A DNA stretch of 63,465 nucleotides, counting the filler, from Sluysia triapertura (Eukaryota): NCBI GenBank assembly GCA_046118255.1. It is 5 parts of 5 records of this genome, joined end to end, with 100 filler letters (N's around TTAATTAATTAA, not from the genome) between each part and the next. Parts side by side here need not be neighbours in the genome. Positions count along the whole stretch, not along the records: positions 48,764 to 63,465 come from JBJNIA010251530.1; 4 more parts are not named here. One strand, written 5' to 3'. This document shows, piece by piece, positions 51,400-63,465 of the stretch (position 1 is the first letter of the stretch; each line of letters begins with the position of its first letter). Under the pieces are notes generated by a model. It searched no databases. It was given only the letters and a program-made list of their open reading frames with translations, and was not told the origin of the DNA. The translations under genes and the position numbers were made by a program.

Positions 51400-51629
51400 T
51401 AAATAGATTGTAAGAATTATAGTCCAGACTCACCATAAAGTAAATAAGGTTTACATTAGTAGTAATTTTAGATGAATGACGATGAATATAGCATGATATT
51501 GAAATGTGTAGAATGAATAGGTGAAAGAAGTGTTTGTTTAAAATTGTAGATGATTTAAATTGAGTGACTTAAAATATTTTAATTTCGGATTGTATTAATG
51601 AAATTATGAGTTTAGTTTGAGCTACCACA
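51400..51629 (-). mobile_element. TGTGG-module-like copy
   Basis: Minus strand TGTGGTAGCTCAAACTAAACTCATAA; CTCAAACTAAACT is shared with the copy at 56411. Confidence 0.4.
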
Positions 51630-54491
51630 TTACTACTAAACTTTTTGGACATAAGTTAAAGCCAAACTTATATCTGAAAAGAATGCATTTCATTTTACAT
51701 TACATATTCTTTTATTGTTATAAATGTTTAAAAGAGGAACAAAATTTACAAAACAAGGTTTTGTAATTTCTTTATGTAAAGAAATACATATAAGAAAAAA
51801 GATTAATTAAATTATAAAATACAAAATAGATGTTTTTCTTGATACCAGTATAGATAAAATGTCTAAAATCGAATTCTTAAATACAAATATTATTTCTATT
51901 TAATCAAAAACCATCGTTACATTAAATTTTTAGTATTTACTCTTAAATTAGTGTTCTAATAAAATAATGACACACTTTAAATCTAAATTGTTGTATAATT
52001 TTATTTAATTACTTTATTTATTGTCGGTTTACTGACTTTGGTGTATACGTTGCAAATATTTGGCACGCGAAGAGATTTTATTGACATTAAAAATAACAAT
52101 TCACACTTTATTGGAGATTAGTGATAATCCAAAAAATTTATTTCAATAGAATTTTTATGTTTTTCCAATAATTTTCTTATTTTTACATTATGGTTTTTAT
52201 TTCTGTTTGTTTTTTGTAAATAAAGAAGTACGTTCATTTTCTTAATTATTGAAAAGTGTTGTTAATTCAATTTACTTAACATGCGACAGATTTTTATATA
52301 AATTTCTTTTTTTGGTAACGTATCATCAGAAGAAGATCAATTAATAAACAAATGGAAACTTTTCTTAGGATAAATATGATTCCAATTTATAAATGAAAAT
52401 GAACTCTTGATTGTATTTATCATGGATATTGATATGGTTTTCAACGTATTTTCAAGGTATTTTATTCCTCTTAAACATTCTTCGAAAAGTTTGAACAGAA
52501 CTTTAATATATCAAGAAGTTTCGCTTAAATCTTCAAGTACATCATAGGATATAATAAACATTTTTCCTGTGGTTTTAAATTACATTCTTTTAAATATACA
52601 AAAATTATGAGAAAAAATGGAAAAATTTTTCCTATATATATATAATCGACATCTCATCAATGATTTAGCTATTTTAGACACCGAAACATTTTAAAACTCT
52701 TACACGAAACTTTTTCTCTGTTTTTAGATTAACTGCATACCTAATGGAAATACATAATTAATATATTTATCATAAATTTCGCATTTCAGTTATGTCGTCG
52801 CTATTTTACTATTCTTTTTCCGTAATAGTTACGTCTTTCTATTTTGCAATGTATGTAAATAATAAAAATTGAAATGCTACAATTTAATAAAGAAAAATAC
52901 AAACTAATTTTCAACTATACATATCTTGCAAGAAAATCTCAAAAATTTTATTTTTACACTTTACTTCTTACTTCTACATGTGCATTTATTTAATAATTTC
53001 GGATTTTGCATACTTAAATTCATTAATGACATAGCACATCATTGGTTACTTTTATTCTCAATTATTAAAATGAGTCTAGTATATTCCAGACGTGCTCTAC
53101 TATAAGTATATCTTAACAGAATGGGAACAATCTAATAAGTTTATTTAGTTTTCTTTAAAGTATTATTTTACTTCTTATAAATATGCAATCATGTACTATC
53201 TTGTTCATATTATTTGCATTTAGTTGCGCAATTAAAGTATTTTATCATCGTATACCTGTTAAATATCTATTAACTTTTTCGAACAATAAGTTTGCTATTG
53301 TAACTTATCGATCCAAATATTATAATGGTAATTTGTCAAAATCGTGAGAATGATGCTTTCAAGATAAGAAACATTCACTGTGATATATATTAAAATACGT
53401 TTTATCGATTAGCAACCTACTTTAAATTTGTGTGCCAAATTTACTATAGTTTTTCTTTCGAAGAATTGCTTTATTTATGCGAGCTTGATTTTATATATTT
53501 TCCAGAACTTAACTACTAATATAATAACTAAACCTTTCTTAGTTGTAATTGTAAATATTAATAAACCTTAAAATTAAGTCAACTTAAAATTAACTCACAA
53601 GATACAAGATTTTAATCTAAATCTTAAATATTATTTAAAATATTAAATATTATTAAATTATTAAATTATTAAATATTATTATTTAAATAATATTATTATT
53701 ATTTAAATATTATTATATTTAAATATTATTTTAAATATTTTTGAGCTTATCTATATTTAAACTATAATAGAAAAAGATCTTTAAAAACAATGAAAAATTA
53801 CTTTTTAGGCTAGAGTTATCTACTGAATTTTGGAAATTTATAAATGTGTTAGGATTTTTATTAATTATGCATTTCAAGATAAAAGCAATAATATTATAAT
53901 TTATCTGCAAAGTGTGTCATTATAAACTCATAATTGATGATTGAGGTGGAAATTTAAATTTTAATAGTTATACAAAAAAATTATGTATTCAAAAACCGAT
54001 GCAAATAATACATTAATTAATTCGTCACGAACCATCGTTAATAATTAATTAATTAGTTAATACATAAGTGACATTCACAAAATATATACATTATACAATC
54101 TAAAAACTTACAACATAAATCTTGAAAACAAGTCTCACGCTATCGAATAAAAATTTTGTTGAAAATCGTTGTCGAAGAAATATAATTTTCTTGGAAAATT
54201 CACTGTTAACTTTGTTGAAACGATTAACTGGATCTAAATTAAACACTTGGAAAAATTAATCAATTCTCTTTGGAACATCAATTTTTCAAGTTACTAGGAA
54301 TATGTACACGTTCTCTTTCATTTGGAATCATAATGATTAATGTCACATAAATAATATAAACTCATTTATATTAAGATAAAGATTGATAATTTTGTTACAA
54401 AATACAGGTAAAATAATCGTTATTTAAAAAATCAAAGCATTCGCCTGGATCAAAATATTTACTAAAATATAATTTTTGTTCATAACTCAAG

Positions 54492-54493
<2 letters not shown>

Positions 54494-54530
<37 letters not shown>
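54494..54530. repeat. (AT)n microsatellite
   Basis: Dinucleotide run. Confidence 0.95.
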
Positions 54531-54533
<3 letters not shown>

Positions 54534-56148
54534 CATTCGTATTTGGTTTGAAATATCATTTGGTCTTTGTATTTAGTTGATAATTTACTGATTCTATGAA
54601 TTTTTCTACAATTATAATAAAAAATAAAATAATTCATCCTAAATAAAAATTTTGAAAATCAATAAAAAATTTTGTATTTAACCAGAACCTTTTGTTTGAA
54701 GTAATATAACTTTATTTAGAGTTTAATATTACATTTTTAGGAAAGGAATAAACAACTTGGACCATACTATAAACGCGGCATTTCTATCTCTGTCCAACAA
54801 ACTCACGATAACTTAAAATTATAATTATAAAGTTTAATATATCTATTTGGAATACTGTTACAAAGATAATCATACACATACTTCATTAAAACTATAAATA
54901 AAGTTAAGTATAATTTTTCATAGTAGAATAAAAGAGGGTACAAGCATGTTTAAATATTTTTTATAAATTTTTTTGCTTAACTTAGAATGTTTTAATTTTT
55001 ATTTAGTTATTGTATTTACTTTAATTATCGATTTTATCATCTGTTGATGCCAAATAAGAATAATGATAAATCAAGCAAATAATGCAGATAATATTGTCAA
55101 TTAATGTTTAAATTAACCAGAAGCCAATATTATTGTTTGTCAAACAATGTAAATAATATTGTCAGATAATCTTGACTATTGTTAAAGTGTAATTGTTATT
55201 ATTGTGTTCATAAGAAAAATTTCATTTTATCTAATACATTTTACTGGCAAATAAATACCTATGTACCATTCTGTATCAATTTTTCTATAATTAAGTTCTT
55301 CCTATAGTTAATTTCTATTGCACGCCGAGTAGAGATAATTTCAATAAGTGTATTAGAAATTTCTTCTATATATTTAAATTTTTCTTATGACATTCGTTTG
55401 GCCATATTATGTTTTATTTATGTACATACATTCATTTTATGATACAGTACTTGTATTGGTTTGTTTTTAATTTTTATTTCACTAAAATCGTATTTTTTTC
55501 ATTCTTTCGTCACTTCAGTTTAAGCCGCAGTCTTCTGTATTTGCTAATTAAATGCGGTTGGTTCTTTTTTATTTTATTTTCTGTTTTCCTTAATACTTCA
55601 AATTTAATGCACTTTTCGAAAAATCACTTTCTTAATTTCATAGGGTTAATTGATTCTAACTTTGTATTTCTTTCTTTTTATAAAGATATTCTAGTTTGTT
55701 TGCTTTATTTTAAATTGTAAAATTAATATTATACTTATAAATTACACAATTATTATTTTAATTATTCTCACACAATGTAAGGATGTACGCACAATTGTTT
55801 GAAATAACGAGTATTATAATTATACAACGAACATATATTTTGTTTCAAAATTATTCTTTACTATTCAGTAATATCCGTTAATTATTTTAAACAAAAGACT
55901 TAATAAATATGTTTTTCAATAATGTTGCTATTAAAAACTTAATATTTTATTTTATATAAACTCCTATATCAAGTAATAACTTTTCTAATAAAATATGAAA
56001 ATTATGCAAAATATATTAAGTAATTATTATAATATTCTCTTTGTGAATTTTGAAAGAGCATTTTTTATATCTTTAGTATATTCACAATAAATGTCAACAA
56101 GAAGAATTTTCTAACAAATTGGCCACATTTAACCGATACCAGAATTAA

Positions 56149-56357
56149 CCAATTCTTGTTTGTGTACCATGACCGGTCAAATGACCGTTTTTAGTTTTTA
56201 CTCTTACAATAATATGAAATCGTATTGTTTTGAATAATGACTTTTAATTTTATATATAATCAAATAAATTTACATTATTAAAAAAATTATTTTATAATAA
56301 ATCTGATGACCAGTGATGATATGAATAGGTATGCATCAAACCTTGGTACATTCAGTG
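56149..56357 (+). mobile_element. piggyBac-derived MITE (deletion derivative of the 45140-47187 family)
   Basis: Joins sequence homologous to both ends of the full element; ends TGGTACATTCAGTG-TTAA; TTAA at 56145-56148. Confidence 0.75.
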
Positions 56358-56410
56358 TTAATTAGTTGTTTTGCATTTGAGTCGATTAGATTCACTTTGC
56401 ATGTTTACAT

Positions 56411-56580
56411 TGTGGTGGTTCAACCTTTTACTAAAAATTGCATTAGAAATTACAACACCAAAACCTCATAATTTACACTGCACAACTCAAACTAAACTTA
56501 TAAAATTTAAACAGTTTAAGATATAAAATTTATAAATCTTAAAATAATTTTTAAAGACAACAAAAAATTTTATAATGCAA
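56411..56580 (+). mobile_element. TGTGG-module, short copy D
   Basis: TGTGGTGGTTCAACC head with C/A-rich body. Confidence 0.45.
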
Positions 56581-56746
56581 TTTTTGTATAAATACTTTCT
56601 TTCTCCTGTGTCACGCAATTATGCTTTATTAAACTTTTGTATTCTAAAAACGAGCATTCAAAATTTAGTTACCATAGTGGAAATAATAGTTAAGATGAAT
56701 AGCTAATCAATCAACACATATTTATTATCATATTTAAGAAAATGAA

Positions 56747-57037
56747 ATGAAACTGTTGTTAGAAGTGAAGAAAGGTTGGAAAATTGTTAATGAAGCAGAT
56801 GGCGCTTGTATGTTTGGAAAAGAAGACGAGCACAAACTCATTCGAGATCAATTTATAAATTACGTGAAACAAAATAGAGAACAATTTTCACAATTTATAT
56901 CAGAATTATACAACCGTCCGGTAGAAATTTATTACAATTCATTGGATCCTATTAATGTCTTTTATCCCAAGTGCAATTATTTACTTTCAATTCGATTAAG
57001 TTACCTAGGAATACCGAATTATCCGAAATTAAATTAA
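56747..57037 (+). pseudogene. OTUD5: OTUD5/DUBA-like OTU deubiquitinase, internally deleted copy
   Basis: KKGWKI..ADGACMF, EHKLIR....Y...N...FSQFI, SELYNRPVEIYYNSLDPINVF, IRLSY and LGIPNY follow OTUD5 ([39 protein letters not shown]; LGLP) with three segments missing, including the catalytic His motif. Confidence 0.8.
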
Positions 57038-58895
57038 TTGAAAAGAATTAGAAATACATGAAATTGAAAAGAATATATCACAGGATGAGCTGAAATGTAG
57101 TAAATCAATTGATATAGAAGAAATTGCTCTATAATCAACATAATAATAATGACAATAGTAATTACAGTTTTAAGATTATAAATAACTAATTATCAGCATA
57201 TAGTAATAACAAATATTTCAAAAACATATTTAAAAGTTAAATTAAAACTGCATAAAAATAAAAAAATGTTTCCTCCAAGATTTTTTTCAACAAGCAAAAT
57301 CATTTGTTGATTTGATAAATACATTTAATGTTCTTTCGAAGTGAAAATTTATTAAAACAATACACGAAATACTTTTTCATTATGGCAAGAATTTATGCAA
57401 GGTAAAACCGAAGGAAATTTCGTAATGCTGTCTTTCTATTTTTAAAACTAGAATTATAAAGCTTTACTTCATGTTATTTTGAAATGTTTGATTTTAGTAA
57501 AAATCAAAATATTATAATCAATATTAATATAATATATACAAATGTTTAACAAATATGGCTAAAAAACAATAATTTAAAAATTTATCGCAAAACAAAATGA
57601 ATTTAGACCAAACCGATGTTTCTAAAGAGAATGCAGAAGAAACTGTATTAACAGAATTTTATCTTTTTGTTGAAGTAAATAAATTAATTGACTAATTAGA
57701 TAGAGTTGTTGAATATCAAAATACTGATAACAACATCACTCACTAGATTCACATTTAGAGGTTTTACTTAAAAATTATATTTAGCTTGTTGGTAAAACCA
57801 ATAAAATAAATAGAAAGACAGTTTTATTTTTCCGTTTATATCATATATCAAAAAAGATACAAAAATACATAAAGTTAATACTTCACGAAGTTTCCAATTT
57901 AGAGCTAGTACTTAATGTACATAAAGAGAATTGACAAGCTCGATAAGTTTTATTGTGGTTAATAATAGTTTCTTTAATGCTATTTGATATGAAATTATTT
58001 GATACACCAGAAAAAATTCCAAGTTTGTAGAGATTGTTGTCTCAATGATTGCAAAGTTTCATAGTCGACCTGATACAACCGAACAATTTGTTATGAGCAG
58101 CATTACAGTGTATAATTTTATGTGCGATTTGCTTAGTTCAGTTTCTTGTCTCTTTAAAACTAGCAAAAGAGAATATATTTTACCTTACAGTATTCTAGCA
58201 TTTGAAACAGATAAAGAAATTTCATCCTGCCCGTTAAGGATTAACTTGTAAAACGCAAAGACTTTATAATTTTAAAAATGGAGATTAAATCGTGGAAATA
58301 TCAAGGAAAAATTGAAAGAGTTTCGAAGACAATTGTAGGCAATTACATTTGTTCGTTTTTTTAAATTATTTGTTTTATGTATTATGATAAAATTTTTTAA
58401 CTCTTACTTTTATTGGATAATTTGCCAATTAAAATCTTGTATTATTTTCTTTAGACTCAAATCAAAGTTTATTAATAATTAGAGTTTAATTTAAAACTAA
58501 GTAATTGCATGTTGAATAAACGCTACTTAATATACTAAAAATCATATTTCGAAATTCCTGTGAAAGTTACATAATTATGTAAGGTTACACATGATGGAAT
58601 AATAATTAATCAAACATTCGATAAACCAATATGTAATTTTCTTCTATTCAATTAATTTTTATTGAATTTAATTTGATGAATAATACAAACTTTGGATTAA
58701 TAAAATCACAATACAAAAAAACTTATTTTTACCAAGGACAAATCAAGTTTCATTTACTCAGCCTTTTTACATCTACTAGCGACATTAAATCGTTTTTAAC
58801 TTACAACAATACACACTTCACACAAAATACACAAATATTAGGATTACAAAAATTTAAATCATTCTTATAAATTTCATTAAATAGTAATTGGATGG

Positions 58896-59650
58896 TGTGG
58901 TGGCCAACCTATTTCCATAAAAAGTTTTATAAAAAATTACATAAACTTTCGCTAACCTAATAATCATTCTCAAAATCTACAAATTCCACCCAAAATCAAC
59001 ATGAAACAATAATAAATAAAATCAACATATTCTACATAAAACCATACTCTTAAACATTTTAACATTCTCATATTTATCTCTTTTACATCCACTAAAAACA
59101 TCCCTTTTAAATAAATTTTACTCAACACAACGTTTACTTCCAAAATCTACAGCCTTATAACAAATAAACTACGGAGACTTTCAGTACCATCAAATTACAT
59201 TAAAAAGTTCATCTAAAATATTTTATTTTTCATTTCTTACAATTCAAGCACAATCAAATTCGAAATTAATCAACAGACATCTTCAAAACAATCCAAACAT
59301 TCTAAACTCACGATCTTGTACCATTAAATCCTAATATTCAAACATTACCTTCACTCAAAAACATTAATCAGCATCCAAAAGTTATTGTTAACATATACAC
59401 CTTAATACATTATTTCAATTAGAACATTAAGGTGTGTACTAACATCTAAATAACATCTAGTCTTCACAAATCATCAAATACATTAATTTTTTATAGATTT
59501 AAATATGTTGAGAATATTTTTAAGATTACAAAAGAAAGTTTATGTTTAATTCACAAGACAAAGACTTTATGTGTTTTTAGGATAATAATAATAACATTTT
59601 CGTTATTATTATTATCACCATTTTTTTTATCTTCATCTTTATCATTACAT
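58896..59650 (+). mobile_element. TGTGG-module, copy E
   Basis: TGTGGTGGCCAACC head; 3' CAAAAGAAAGTTTATGT...TTATGTGT shared with copies A and C. Confidence 0.55.
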
Positions 59651-59744
59651 TTCTTGTATTCCTAAATTCTAAATATGTCGAGAAAATAAATAAGATAAAA
59701 GAAAGATCGTGTTAATTTTAAAGAAAACGAAAATTATGCGATTT

Positions 59745-59786
<42 letters not shown>

Positions 59787-59857
59787 ATATTGTTATTTTT
59801 ATCATTTTTATTGTTATTAATATTGTCAATCCTTTTTAACCGTTTTATTCAGTAACT

Positions 59858-60022
59858 ACCACTATCAGTGGCGATTTCATTAAAATACATTTCAAATGGC
59901 TGTCACCACTGATAGTGGTTTGTCATCATTTTAATGAATATTGTGTATGTTTCCATTGGCCATCCAACCAGAGCTAACATCACTGTCGTTATCATTTTAA
60001 TGCTTCCGGTTGGATGACCAAA
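59858..60022. promoter_or_regulatory. Double inverted-repeat cassette upstream of the N/D-rich CCCH gene
   Basis: Perfect 14-bp IR ACCACTATCAGTGG (59858-59871/59906-59919); IR2 59956-59971/60006-60021 (14/16) with TTGG-N4-CCAA cores. Confidence 0.45.
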
Positions 60023-60202
60023 CAATGATCACTAGATTTCAAAAATTTTTATTACTACATAATTTTAGAATTTAACAAAAAAGATTTTTCTCATCACAAT
60101 TTTTTTTGATTGCACATTGGTGTTTTAAAAATATTAGACACAATTAAAAATTTGTAACGCAGTTTTAAAAAGGAATTTTATTTAATTAAATAATTAATTA
60201 TC

Positions 60203-61420
60203 ATGGGTAACTCTATGACTTCATTTATTTTTGACTATGATTGTTCTGAAAATGATAAAGATTATGATAACGAACTCAATAATGCTAAAGATGATCAGAA
60301 TAAAGTTAATGCTATTAATTATGAAAACTTTCAAGTTTATAATGATGAAGATAAGTATAACATGACTAACGATAGTAATGATGATAATTTTCAAACTATT
60401 AGTGCTAAAGATGATCAGAATAAAGTTAATTATGAAAACTTCCAAGTATATAATGATGAAAACAAGTATAATGTGATTAACAATAGTAGAGATGATAAAT
60501 TCCAAGTTAATAATGCCAAACACGATTAGAATAAAATTAATGATGTTAATTATGAAAACTTCCAAGCATATGATTATGAAGATCAGCATAAGGCGATTAA
60601 CAATACTAGAGTCGATGATTTCCAAACTAATAATCCCGAAGATGACAGTGACGAATTCAACAATGTTGAAGACGAAAATTATGAAGCTACTAATGACAAA
60701 CCTAATAACGACAAAGATAACAGTGTTGGAGATGATTTTACGCAAGCTAAGAAGAAAAAAGGTGTTGATGTTAACAACAATGAGAACATGCTTATCCATT
60801 TTACTACTACAAAGACAACATCCATAAACTTAAACGGTACAAAGTTGATGTTTTTAATTTTTATAAAAATAATACGTCTTTACGAATTTTATGATTATAA
60901 ATTTAACGTATTCAATTTTATTAATGATAATAATAATAATATTTATAAATGTAATGAAGATAAATCTAAGGTTTATGGAGTGAACAACAATAATAATGAT
61001 AATCTCTATTCACTTAATGATTATAAATGTAATGACTTAATGATAACGAACAAAAATAATATTATACGTTCAATAATCATAAGATTGCTAGTATAACTGC
61101 ACTGTGTCCAGCTTTTACCGACAACAATGGGATTTTGTTAATGCATGGAATACTCTGTCGCTACGCTCATTCTGTTCATGAATTGATGATCAGCAAAGAA
61201 GATGAAGCGGCTTGTGATAGCCATTTACAAATAATTACAGAATTACTAAAGAGTATTGTAGTTATCTCTAATACTTCGTCTGACAATATTCTAATATTCT
61301 AAAAATTAAGGTAAATAATTTTTACTTTTATATCCTTTGTGTTATCAATTATTATTATTATTTTTTATTAGAAGGTGAAACAACAAGAAGAAGAATCATA
61401 CGTAGGAGCGAAGTATCAAA
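60203..61420 (+). pseudogene. Asn/Asp-rich repeat protein with CCCH zinc finger, copy 2
   Basis: Frame 60203-61096 is broken by one TAG (60527, CAG in the sister repeats) and has three ~117-bp internal repeats. After a frameshift it reads ITALCPAFTDNNGILLMHGILCRYAHSVHEL. GT-AG intron at 61311-61371. Confidence 0.65.
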
Positions 61421-62289
61421 AATAAAATTTCTCATAAATAAAATTTCATGTTTTTATTTTCATCTCTTATATAAAGAAAATGTAACAATTGGATTAAGTT
61501 TACAAGTTTTAAATCAAAAAATTTTAAAAAACTAAATAATATAATTTATAAAGGTAAATATAAATTAAAGTTTAATTCCAATTATAACCTCAACTTGAGT
61601 AACATAAAAATTATTAAACATCCACAACAGCTAATTCGAAGCTTATTAAATAAATAAACATGATAATATGATGTAAATTGGTATAAAGGAGATAAGTTAT
61701 TGAACAAAAAGCACTTAAGAGTAAAAAAGAGTAAATAGTTTAGATACATTTTAAAGGGATTTATAATTTTATGAGCTCTTATGGAGAAATTCGTTAACGG
61801 ATTTGATAAGATTTTGAACTGCGATTTTGCATTCTGAGAAGGTTCTATAACATATGATATAATGGAAAAATTTTCATTTATTAGCGTTTGATTATTTTAA
61901 CAATTATTTTATCGATAATCCATGGTACTCAGTAATTTAATTGGTCATAAGTTGCTTTTCTTTTAATTGAAAAATAAATGTTGGACGTAATTATTAAAAC
62001 TTCGTACTATGTGAAACTAGACAAAATAATAATAAGTTAAAGTTTTGTAAAACTATTAAAGGAATTTTACCAATAAAGCTTTATATTTTGAAAAGTATAA
62101 TCGTTGTAAATAATTTAATATCTTTTCTTGCATATGCGTAAAATTTTGCAATCGTTGTTGACACATAATCAATCGTTTAATTTTATTAAATATATTTAGT
62201 GTGCCTTGTATTCGATATATCTTTAGTTTTTATAGGTGTCATTTTAATTTAGGTTTCTATTATATAATAAATCTTCTTTGTCTTAATGT

Positions 62290-63465
62290 TGCGTCTTTAA
62301 AATTTGTTAGTTATTACAACTCAATATTATTATCTTGATTAGGTTAAACCTTAATAATTTCAGTAGTCAGCATATCAAGTATAATTTTGCCGTAATCTTC
62401 TTTTATAATATCAATAACTATAATACCAAATTTAAGTTTCTTGAAAATCAAATCAAAACTAAGACAATAATATACTATTAAATACAAATTCGTAATATAA
62501 TTTATTGTCAATGAAAATCTCTACCAAATGCTAAGAATCACCAAAATTACAAAAATAACAATAATAATTATAATAAAGTCAGAGACACTACAATCTAATT
62601 AAGACAAAACAACCAGGACTGACGCAACAAACACAAAAACATATGAATATCCAGAAAGTTTAAAATAGCAACGATGATTAAATGTATAAAAAAAATTATG
62701 CAGAGTGCCTCCCACTAAAATTATCTTCAATCAAAAATCAAAATATTTTAAAAATAAATTGGACAGAGTGTCTCCTACCAACTTACCTTATAAACAAATT
62801 AAAAATTAACTGAAAATAATATAATATTCAAATTACCCAAGCTAAAATAAAATCATTTATGTTATTTTAATAAAATAAAATAATAAATAAATAAACAAAA
62901 ATTAAATATTTTACCCTATGCATTTATCTTCTATCATCATTATTGACATAATTGTTGTTGTGTTATTGTCTTATTGTATTACAAAAATTTTGAAATCTTT
63001 ATACTTTATCATCATCCAATCAATTCACAATCTCGCAACCAAACACTCTCTCACACAAATCATCTTAACCTCTCTGAGAATGGTCTGGTCTGTCAAACTT
63101 TATTTGGTACAAAACATATAAATCTGATATATTATCAACCATCATTTCCTTTTACTCTACTCCGTCTATTTTTACTTAAATTGCTTCTCACATCAAAATA
63201 ACAATCAGTAATATTGTTAACATACATAAAAATAATGAATTTAATTTCACTTACTGTTATTTAATTAATTTTCCATTTTCACACCCAATTTTCTAATGAA
63301 AAATGTTTTAAGCTTCTTATTCTCAAGCGAACCATTTTACAAACATTTCGAGTTCACTCATAGATTCTCCTTTTTCATAGCAATCATTTCATATTCCATT
63401 CATCATATTTGCATTACTCTAAGTATTAAAAATTTAACATTTCATAATTAAAAATTAATTAAGAT
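62290..63465 (+). repeat. Dispersed repeat, inverted relative to 10935-12330
   Basis: Colinear reverse-complement similarity up to the window end. Confidence 0.85.

Noticed and set aside
196-57037. Ubiquitin theme (PPxY motif, RING E3, OTU DUB) as one system
   Set aside because: The three pieces are tens of kb apart, in different elements and separated by gaps; no evidence of linkage
60221-60799. 192-aa Ile/Phe/Val-rich ORF resembling a membrane protein
   Set aside because: Antisense shadow of the Asn/Asp-rich repeat frame on the + strand

Overview
Very AT-rich eukaryotic (animal-type, short GT-AG introns) genomic scaffold with six assembly gaps. Four of the gaps are 100-bp spacers with an artificial TTAATTAATTAA linker. 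The window is mostly a transposon and pseudogene graveyard. It holds a decayed Ty3/gypsy gag region, an LTR 3' end carrying a RING-H2 ORF plus two orphan ORFs, Helitron, mariner, Tc1, hAT, piggyBac (complete, TTAA TSD), Polinton/Maverick pPolB and LINE remnants, and several MITEs. One apparently intact host gene (three phase-compatible exons, 28452-34599, Ala/Tyr/Ser-rich, transcription-factor-like N-terminus) and one lone cGMP-dependent-kinase-type exon are visible. Three observations stand out. (1) Two exactly 159-bp TGTT...AACA elements with 4-bp TSDs each embed a full tRNA-like Pol III unit with a G3:U70 consensus pair and an 8-nt anticodon loop. (2) A dispersed TGTGGTGGCCAACC-headed module, often followed by paired ATTGG-N4-CCAAT palindromes 50-54 bp apart, sits upstream of different decayed host-gene copies (RRN3-like, CCCH zinc finger, OTUD5-like). 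(3) A RING E3-like cargo lies upstream of a gypsy-type PPT/LTR. Protein family calls are by-eye motif recognition, not database searches.
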